Shown: in pieces, positions 49,137-55,543 of the stretch | How the letters are laid out: the number at the start of each line of letters is the position of its first letter | Position numbering within the stretch: position 1 is the first letter of the stretch | IMG/VR virus record: IMGVR_UViG_3300034044_000049 | Location: 1 to 55,543 of that record | Strand: one strand, 5' to 3' | Length of the DNA: 55,543 nucleotides | Source of the DNA: a virus | Lineage: Duplodnaviria; Caudoviricetes | Position numbers and translations under genes: made by a program | Notes under the pieces: model-generated | What the model was told of the DNA's origin: nothing | The model's database searches: none | Seen by the model: only the letters and a program-made list of their open reading frames with translations

Positions 49137-49448
49137 CTAAAATAATTCAGATTTTAATTCTTCCAAATCTTCAATTTTACTTTGAAGGTCTTTTATTTGT
49201 TCTCTGTAAGACAAAACAATTTCAGTATCTAAAGGAATTGCTCCTAAAGAATTTTCGTATTGACGAGTTGCCATTCTCAATATGTCTCTCAATTCGAATA
49301 ATTGCTTTTCTACATTAGCTTGTGCATCTTCTACTGCTTGTTCAATTTTGCGTGTGTCTTTCTTTTTGTCTGAAAGACTAATTAATTCTCTGTACTTCAT
49401 TTTAATAATTTGTGTTATAATAATTAATGATTCGTGACTCTTTTTCAA
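49137..49448 (-). CDS. Coiled-coil hypothetical protein (~88-103 aa)
   Basis: Heptad pattern; the true start may be the internal MKYREL. Confidence 0.55.
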   Translation of the reverse strand: MKKSHESLIIITQIIKMKYRELISLSDKKKDTRKIEQAVEDAQANVEKQLFELRDILRMATRQYENSLGAIPLDTEIVLSYREQIKDLQSKIEDLEELKSELF

Positions 49449-49605
49449 AATCTTCCATTAAAATATCTTCAATTTCCGAAGCAAGTAAGAAATCAGATAC
49501 TGCAAAATTAGTATTATTTTCCTGATTAATTATTCTTACAGCTTCTTCTTTTGAATAAACTTTAAGAAGATTATTAAAAGAGTCCAGTAATTCAGAGGCT
49601 GTCAT
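49402..49605 (-). CDS. Hypothetical protein (67 aa)
   Basis: Start overlaps the helicase stop. Confidence 0.5.
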   Translation of the reverse strand: MTASELLDSFNNLLKVYSKEEAVRIINQENNTNFAVSDFLLASEIEDILMEDFEKESRIINYYNTNY

Positions 49606-50707
49606 TTTTTAATAATTTTATAAATTCCTCGTAGGTAGCGTATTTTACTGATTTAAATTTGTTTAAGCTGGACCGTAAATGGAGTTCTTCTACTGTGTCT
49701 TTACAGTATAATCTAACCAAAATAGCCTTTTTATTATCACCTTCCTTTCTAATTATCCTTCCTAATCGTTGAATTGTGTCCTTCTCTTTAGAAGTTCCTG
49801 CAACGATTATTCCCCACTTCATCTTAGGAAGATTTGCTCCTTGATTTATAGCTTTGGTAGTTACTAATACCCTAAAATTTCCCTTCCTAAACTCTTCTAA
49901 ATTAACTTCCCTCTGTTTTTTAGGAATTCCAGAGTGATATTCTACGCTATCTTTAATAACTTTAGATAACTGAGAACTTATTTCGTTTCTCATGTTGAAA
50001 ATCACTCCTCTACCTTTAAGCTTTTTAGCAAGGTTTTTGGCAACTTTTTGTTTGTTCTTTGATTTGTAAAGAATTTCTACTCTTTGAGTAATCAGATTCC
50101 ATTTCTTTCTTCTTTCTATTTGCGAAGTAAGTTTATCATACTCCTGTCTTTCTCCCTCTGTTAAATTTACTCCAACACAATAGATAATGAAATCTGATAC
50201 GAAGGCTTTCTCTTTAGCTTCTTCAGTGTGTAATGAATAAACCACTGGAGCAATGTATTTCAGCATTTTCTTTTGTTTCTCCCCAATACTACCTGATAAT
50301 CCTAATAGACCTCTATAACGATTGTTATAAAAGAATCTACCATATTTATAATCAGTCTTATCTATTGGAGGAATCATATCATGTATTTCATCAGCTATAA
50401 CCAAATCCCACTTTCTATCTTTCCACTTATAGACTGTTTGAATACATTGTATTTCTACACACTTATTCCATACTTCTTCCTCTCCCCACTTAATAAATTC
50501 TTTTTTCCACTCATTATCCCTAAGATTAGTATCAGGAACAACTATAAGTATGGAAAAGTTGTAGTTATACTTTTTGGCATAATATGCTGCTGCCATCACT
50601 CCAATTCTGGTCTTGCCAAAACCTGTGGCTCCTTCAACGGTCCCAAAACATTTATGTTCTTTCCATTTCTCAAATGCTACCTTTTGTTCTTTTTCTCTTT
50701 TTGTCAT
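49592..50707 (-). CDS. Superfamily 2 DExH helicase (371 aa)
   Basis: GATGFGKT, DEIH, LSGS, QGANLP and QRLGRIIR motifs. Confidence 0.9.
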   Translation of the reverse strand: MTKREKEQKVAFEKWKEHKCFGTVEGATGFGKTRIGVMAAAYYAKKYNYNFSILIVVPDTNLRDNEWKKEFIKWGEEEVWNKCVEIQCIQTVYKWKDRKWDLVIADEIHDMIPPIDKTDYKYGRFFYNNRYRGLLGLSGSIGEKQKKMLKYIAPVVYSLHTEEAKEKAFVSDFIIYCVGVNLTEGERQEYDKLTSQIERRKKWNLITQRVEILYKSKNKQKVAKNLAKKLKGRGVIFNMRNEISSQLSKVIKDSVEYHSGIPKKQREVNLEEFRKGNFRVLVTTKAINQGANLPKMKWGIIVAGTSKEKDTIQRLGRIIRKEGDNKKAILVRLYCKDTVEELHLRSSLNKFKSVKYATYEEFIKLLKNDSL

Positions 50708-50719
50708 AATTTTAACAAT

Positions 50720-52561
50720 TTAATGTTTCCAATAAGGGGCTATTTCTGGTTCTACAGGAATAGGAACATACTTACAGAATAAATCTGCAGCAGTTTCCAT
50801 ACATTCCTTTACTTTTGCAGAAAATTCTTCTGCTAATTCTTGTGGACATTCCACAATTACTTCATCATAAACAAATCCTACTATTTTCACAATAGAGAGT
50901 AATTCTCTCTGTTTAATATACTTAAATAATTTTATTAGTGCTATTTTAGACATTTCAGCAGCACTTCCTTGAATAGGATAGTTTAATGATTTTTTTAAGA
51001 AATCTTGATACTCATAACTATTTGGATTTAGATATTTTAACTCAGGATTAAACATCTTACGACGAGTTACTGGAGACATCAAAATATATCCCTTTTTTGC
51101 TGTATAGTTCTTTATTCTTTTAAAATAAGCAGCTAATGCAGGAAAAGCTTTTAAATAAGCAGAATAAATGGCTTCTCCTTCAGTTATAGGGATTCTTAAA
51201 TTTTTACTTATTGTAGCTCCAACTCCTCCATAATAAATAGCAAAACGAGCGGTTTTAGCCGCAGCTCTTAAATCAGGACGTTTACTTTTTACATCTTCCA
51301 TAGCTATATCCTTCAGTTCTTCTGGAAAACATAGTTTTGCTACGTAAGAATGTCCATCTGCAAAATCCCCTAAATAAAAAGAAATTAAGTTCTTCTCCCC
51401 AGAATAATTAGCAAACAGTCTTCCCTCTTGGTCAGAATAATCCGCATTTATATAAACATTTCCTTCTTCTGCAACGAAACATTCTCTGGTTTCTTTATCA
51501 CTTGGAATATTATTTAGGTTAGGGGAGCTTGAAACAGTCCTTCCAGAAGTTACCATTTGTTTGTAAGAAGTATGAATCCGTCCTGTTATTGGATGAATAT
51601 GGTCTAAAAAGGCATAACCATAAGTACTTACGTCTTTTTTATACTTTCTGTATTCCAATAGAAGAGATATAAAAGGTTCTTCTTTATATTGAGAAAGAAC
51701 ATCATCCCCTACTGATTCTTTAGTAGGATCATCTAAACTGGTAATATCCAATTGTAACGCTTTACAAACTTTAGCAATATCTTTATTACTATCCAAGTTT
51801 ATAATTAGATTATGTTCTTCTTCAAATAAAGAAAGTTGATTATCCCTCATAAAGGAATACTTATCCTCTGTGAAGATTAACTTTTTTATATCATTAATGA
51901 TTCCATTAAGTTTCTCTTCTGCCTTTTTAGTTTTATTAATCCATTTATCTTTATCTACTTTCATTCCTGAAATAGAGATATAGGCAAGAGTCTTTACAAA
52001 CTCATTCTCTAAATCTACTGCTCTGGATAAGTCAAAATTATAGATTCTTTCCTGTTGTTTTTCTTTAATCTTCTTGAGGTACATTACGTCAATAGCTGCA
52101 TATTCTATTTGAGCTTTAGTAATAGTCCCTCTATAATTTAAAAAGGATAATCTGACTGTTTTATCCAAATCTATGTCCAAATAATATCTCACTAAATTCT
52201 TTAAAGAGAATTTTTTATGTCTATATCCCGAAAAGATTACTTGTTCAACTAAAAAGGTATCATAAATCTTTTCAGGGAAAATATTATGGACATAGAGGAA
52301 TGAAAGTTCGAATAAAGCATTATGAATTAATAATAATTTATTCTCCAATATTTCTTTAAATAGAGAAATAAATTCTCCTTTAAACACATAAGCAGTGTTA
52401 TCATCTGATAATTGGAAGAGTAATATCTCATTACTGTAAGGGTCTAATCCTGTGGTTTCAATATCAAATTCCAATTCAGCTTCATTAGTAAGAATTTTTC
52501 TTACTTTAAGGGCTTCTTCTTGAGTATCTATGTATTTAATTGTTTTAATGAAAGAATTCAT
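50720..52561 (-). CDS. polA: Family A DNA polymerase with 3'-5' exonuclease, no 5' nuclease domain (613 aa)
   Basis: ExoI FDIETTG, ExoII HNALFE, ExoIII YAAID; motif A DYSDQEGR, motif B RAAAKTARFAIYYG, NYPIQG, motif C VYDE. Confidence 0.95.
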   Translation of the reverse strand: MNSFIKTIKYIDTQEEALKVRKILTNEAELEFDIETTGLDPYSNEILLFQLSDDNTAYVFKGEFISLFKEILENKLLLIHNALFELSFLYVHNIFPEKIYDTFLVEQVIFSGYRHKKFSLKNLVRYYLDIDLDKTVRLSFLNYRGTITKAQIEYAAIDVMYLKKIKEKQQERIYNFDLSRAVDLENEFVKTLAYISISGMKVDKDKWINKTKKAEEKLNGIINDIKKLIFTEDKYSFMRDNQLSLFEEEHNLIINLDSNKDIAKVCKALQLDITSLDDPTKESVGDDVLSQYKEEPFISLLLEYRKYKKDVSTYGYAFLDHIHPITGRIHTSYKQMVTSGRTVSSSPNLNNIPSDKETRECFVAEEGNVYINADYSDQEGRLFANYSGEKNLISFYLGDFADGHSYVAKLCFPEELKDIAMEDVKSKRPDLRAAAKTARFAIYYGGVGATISKNLRIPITEGEAIYSAYLKAFPALAAYFKRIKNYTAKKGYILMSPVTRRKMFNPELKYLNPNSYEYQDFLKKSLNYPIQGSAAEMSKIALIKLFKYIKQRELLSIVKIVGFVYDEVIVECPQELAEEFSAKVKECMETAADLFCKYVPIPVEPEIAPYWKH

Positions 52562-52811
52562 ACGCTACTTTAAAGTCCTTAAATTTAAGCTTTATTTCCT
52601 TTCTTTCCCAAAAAAATATTCTAAAATTCTCAACTATTTCTCCCTCATGAGATTTAATTACTACTCTTTTTGGCACCCATTTTTTGAAATGTATTTCTGC
52701 AATTTCTTTTGTCATCATAGACTTGAGAATGGCTTTCTTGGGAGTAATATCCTCCAAATGAAAAGTTATTAAGATATTATCTATAACTTTTATTTTTTCG
52801 TTTGTTTTCAT
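52545..52811 (-). CDS. Hypothetical protein (88 aa)
   Basis: Overlaps both neighbours on the coding strand. Confidence 0.55.
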   Translation of the reverse strand: MKTNEKIKVIDNILITFHLEDITPKKAILKSMMTKEIAEIHFKKWVPKRVVIKSHEGEIVENFRIFFWERKEIKLKFKDFKVAYEFFH

Positions 52812-53320
52812 TTTATACTAATATTTTTAGAAAGTGAAGGAAATTCTTTATTTAAAAAGTTGTAGATGCTTTCTACATGGTCTTTGGTAAGATAAAATTT
52901 AGGGAAACCAGTACTAAAAGACGGATGCTTTTTCCCTTCAATATCTCTCCAATTAGATAATTTTAACAAAGTATTGTTTACTTTTAATCCAATGTAATAT
53001 AAAGGAATATTATGTTTTTCAATAATAGCCTTTAATAAGTTCTTTTCTTCTTCAGTAAGTTTATGACTGATTTTCTGCTCCTCTAATATATTTCCATTGA
53101 ACTCAGCATCAGAGAAATAGAATGTAAAGTTTTTTACATATCCTTTTGGACGTATATATACTCCTTTTTCTATTTCAATAACTACTAAGGGCTTATTTAC
53201 ATCCCCTATTATTATAACTGTATTGTTAGGATAAAGCTCCTTAAAAAACTTATAAAGAAGACTATTTCTCTTTTTTACAAATTTTACATTCGTAAACCCT
53301 TTCGTTCTAATCATTTTCAT
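52808..53320 (-). CDS. Hypothetical protein (170 aa)
   Basis: Packed ORF; no motif recognised. Confidence 0.6.
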   Translation of the reverse strand: MKMIRTKGFTNVKFVKKRNSLLYKFFKELYPNNTVIIIGDVNKPLVVIEIEKGVYIRPKGYVKNFTFYFSDAEFNGNILEEQKISHKLTEEEKNLLKAIIEKHNIPLYYIGLKVNNTLLKLSNWRDIEGKKHPSFSTGFPKFYLTKDHVESIYNFLNKEFPSLSKNISIK

Positions 53321-54062
53321 TTTCTCTTCTATTTAAAGTTAGGTTAATAACTTGCTTAATATTCTCGTTATAAAAAGGAATAAACAGAAGATCATATCTC
53401 AGTAGTTCTTGTTTATCTGTTATTCTTTTTATATTACTTTGCATAATTTTCTTAGTATCATCAGTCACAGTTTCTCCCTCAATTTTTAAAAAAGGATTTT
53501 TCTTATTAAAAGCTTGCTCAATAGCACTTTTATTATGAACAATCCCTATATTTACACATAAATTAAACATTTGTAAGACAATTATATCTTCATTAGTTAA
53601 AGGAGAATTATATAAAGGACTGATTAATGCCTTTTTCAAGAATGTCAGAAGTTTATTAGAAGTTAAAACATTTAAAAGCCTTAAATTATTTAAGGTAAAT
53701 AAAGAGGATACTAAATATTTCCCTAAATTACTATTAGGGCTATAAGAAGTATAACTTATTAGTTTCTTTATAAATAATTCGTTTCGTGTTTTATTACCAA
53801 TATTTTGATTCTTTTTACAAAAATTGTAAATAAAATCAATATCTTCTTCTGATATAGTTCCATCTCCTTTTGTAATGAAGTTAAATATTCTCGTTAGATT
53901 TAAAGCATTATGTAAGAAAGTATAATCTATAAGAGTCTGCACAGACTCATCTCTTATTGACTTTTTAAGGTCATTATAATACTTTCCTTCGGGAACCAAG
54001 TAATCTATTACCAAGTCACTCTCTTCATGCTTTAAATATGATATTAATCCATTCTTCCCCAT
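53307..54062 (-). CDS. Hypothetical protein (251 aa)
   Basis: Packed ORF; helical, no motif recognised. Confidence 0.6.
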   Translation of the reverse strand: MGKNGLISYLKHEESDLVIDYLVPEGKYYNDLKKSIRDESVQTLIDYTFLHNALNLTRIFNFITKGDGTISEEDIDFIYNFCKKNQNIGNKTRNELFIKKLISYTSYSPNSNLGKYLVSSLFTLNNLRLLNVLTSNKLLTFLKKALISPLYNSPLTNEDIIVLQMFNLCVNIGIVHNKSAIEQAFNKKNPFLKIEGETVTDDTKKIMQSNIKRITDKQELLRYDLLFIPFYNENIKQVINLTLNRRENEND

Positions 54063-54637
54063 AATTTTAATCTTGTTTCGGCGTTAATATAAAAAATAAT
54101 AGTATGATATACCATAAAGAAAGATTCATATTCTTCCAAGGTAACTGTTGCATCCATAATTTGGTCTAATTCGGGGAATTCATCTGTAAGCCAATTCTTC
54201 TCAAGAACAGCAAGTTCCCTTACTACTAACTTAATAAAATTAGTATCAGAAGTAGTAATTTCTTTATTTGGTATCTTATAAACTAAATAAGTAGAGGTAA
54301 AGACCATTAAGTTATCTTCGGGATTAAATTTAAATACGTATGCCCCTAAAGAAGTCATCTCTTCGTAATTAAGAGAAGATATTAGCAGTATATTTTTTGT
54401 AGGAATATCCCTATAAATTTCAGGTAAACGGTATTTTAATCCCAAATTAAGAATACCTATTCTATTAGCTGCAATATAAATTAACTGTTTTACTTCTGAA
54501 TCCACATCCAATATACTCTTTGTATAATTAATATGGATAGGGGCAAAATAAGTAGGGATTGCTTTCCTACTGTTTTGGCTATAAGTGTAACCTCTTATTC
54601 CTATAATAAGAGTTACCAATAATAATAATTTTCTCAT
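54044..54637 (-). CDS. Exported protein with Sec signal peptide (197 aa)
   Basis: MRK-LLLLVTLIIGI-RGYTYS|Q signal peptide pattern. Confidence 0.6.
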   Translation of the reverse strand: MRKLLLLVTLIIGIRGYTYSQNSRKAIPTYFAPIHINYTKSILDVDSEVKQLIYIAANRIGILNLGLKYRLPEIYRDIPTKNILLISSLNYEEMTSLGAYVFKFNPEDNLMVFTSTYLVYKIPNKEITTSDTNFIKLVVRELAVLEKNWLTDEFPELDQIMDATVTLEEYESFFMVYHTIIFYINAETRLKLWGRMD

Positions 54638-54927
54638 TGTTCTTTTCTTTTAATTAACATTTTTCTTAATATCAATAGGTAGGAAATAGTATCCCCTATC
54701 TTTTCATTCACCAAATCTTCTGGAAAAGATTCTTGAGTTTCAACCATATCCTTTATAGATTGAAGATGTTTGGTCATATATTCCCATAGAACTTTTTCAC
54801 GTGTCTCATGAAAAGAAATTCCAATAGCTTTTTCAAAATTATTAAATTCATTTTCAATGCTATTGTATTCTTTTTGCTTTTCTTTTTTCTTTTTAAGTAG
54901 AGACTTTAAGAATTTTTTAGTATTCAT
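54634..54927 (-). CDS. All-alpha NTP-pyrophosphatase-like protein (DUF1599/Nmad1-like, ~97 aa)
   Basis: KEY...FNNF...KHLQSI...EKIGDTISYLLIL pattern; probable start at ATG 54927 rather than the track's 55032. Confidence 0.55.
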   Translation of the reverse strand: MNTKKFLKSLLKKKKEKQKEYNSIENEFNNFEKAIGISFHETREKVLWEYMTKHLQSIKDMVETQESFPEDLVNEKIGDTISYLLILRKMLIKRKEQ

Positions 54928-55414
54928 CTTCCAAATATAACTCATCATTAGTAGTATTCTGAGAATCAATATGTTGCACTCTATTGACTTTAAATGTAAG
55001 AGGATTTCCTTTTTGTAGAAATATATCAACATTTTCTCCTAAATAAATACCATCACTCGCCTCATAAATTTCTAATCCAGCATTCTCCACCAGAAAATCC
55101 AAAACATCAGATGGATCTAATGTTATTTTATGTTTTTTAAGAATTTCCTCAAATGTATACCCAAAAGCAACTGAATTTATGGAATCTCCTCCTGCATCAT
55201 AAGAAAGTAGAAGAATTTTTTCTTTGTTTTTTATTACTTTCTTAAATAGAGCAATAAGTGCCTCTTTATATTGAAACTTTAAAAGATCTATGTCTATTTT
55301 GAGTCTTTTCATTTCTTCTTTAGTCGTATTAGAGTGATAGTATGATTCCCACAAGGATTTAAGTTTTGTGGAAATGTCCTCTATTGCCTCTTTTATCTCT
55401 TTATATGTCTTCAT
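54917..55414 (-). CDS. Hypothetical protein (165 aa)
   Basis: Coiled-coil N-terminus and 'SYDAGGDSIN' motif; packed ORF. Confidence 0.6.
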   Translation of the reverse strand: MKTYKEIKEAIEDISTKLKSLWESYYHSNTTKEEMKRLKIDIDLLKFQYKEALIALFKKVIKNKEKILLLSYDAGGDSINSVAFGYTFEEILKKHKITLDPSDVLDFLVENAGLEIYEASDGIYLGENVDIFLQKGNPLTFKVNRVQHIDSQNTTNDELYLEDEY

Positions 55415-55415
55415 T

Positions 55416-55543
55416 TTAAGTAATATTAGTGGTTAGTAAATTTAAATTCTTTTTAAATTTGACTATATATTTTTTGAAAGTAGAAGTTACACAAGGTAAA
55501 TTTTCCTTTTTATCTGCTCCATTATTCATCCAATTTTCCAATT
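55416..55543 (-). CDS. 3' end of a truncated hypothetical protein
   Basis: Minus-strand frame open from the window edge (LENWMNNGADKK...) to a TAA ending 1 nt before the next ATG. Confidence 0.45.
   Translation of the reverse strand, partial: LENWMNNGADKKENLPCVTSTFKKYIVKFKKNLNLLTTNIT

Noticed and set aside
41517-52772. Short plus-strand ORFs within the replication arm (e.g. 50381-50782, 44170-44394)
   Set aside because: They lie antisense to well-supported genes and have no motifs.
1-55543. Stop-codon reassignment (TAG or TGA), as in some crAss-like phages
   Set aside because: Very long ORFs are intact in code 11, and both TAG (e.g. 4503, 10816, 38214) and TGA (e.g. 1465, 40982) act as stops at tight gene junctions.
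1-55543. tRNA genes, CRISPR arrays, introns/inteins, DGR or invertible fibre cassettes
   Set aside because: Intergenic gaps are all about 60 nt or less; PolA, helicases and primase are of compact size with no insertions; no reverse transcriptase, recombinase or repeated fibre segments were seen.

Overview
AT-rich fragment of a crAss-like phage (Crassvirales-type; Bacteroidota host inferred), read in the standard genetic code, with two convergent arms meeting at a hairpin terminator near 38.25 kb. The + arm (1-38214) carries tail/fibre genes, a lysis region (holin, patatin phospholipase, DUF5675-type enzyme), a metallophosphoesterase, ring/IHF/tail-tube/muzzle genes and five large ejected 'cargo' proteins, including a 2494-aa virion RNA polymerase (GSDYDIDK). 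The - arm (38276-55543) is the replication block: PolA, SF2 and DnaB helicases, Sak4-like ATPase, SSB, primase, RusA, 5'-3' exonuclease and UNG. The main find is a tightly coupled four-gene cassette inside the replication block (40982-44567) that looks like a complete phage-encoded ubiquitin-like conjugation system: Ubl proprotein, E2-like protein, JAB/JAMM isopeptidase and E1/ThiF enzyme. Two further patterns stand out: the three largest cargo proteins have cysteines only at their facing termini, and the 985-aa cargo protein carries seven GG-x-[ILV] motifs that resemble polyprotein cleavage sites. All assignments come from motif reading by eye; no database searches were run.
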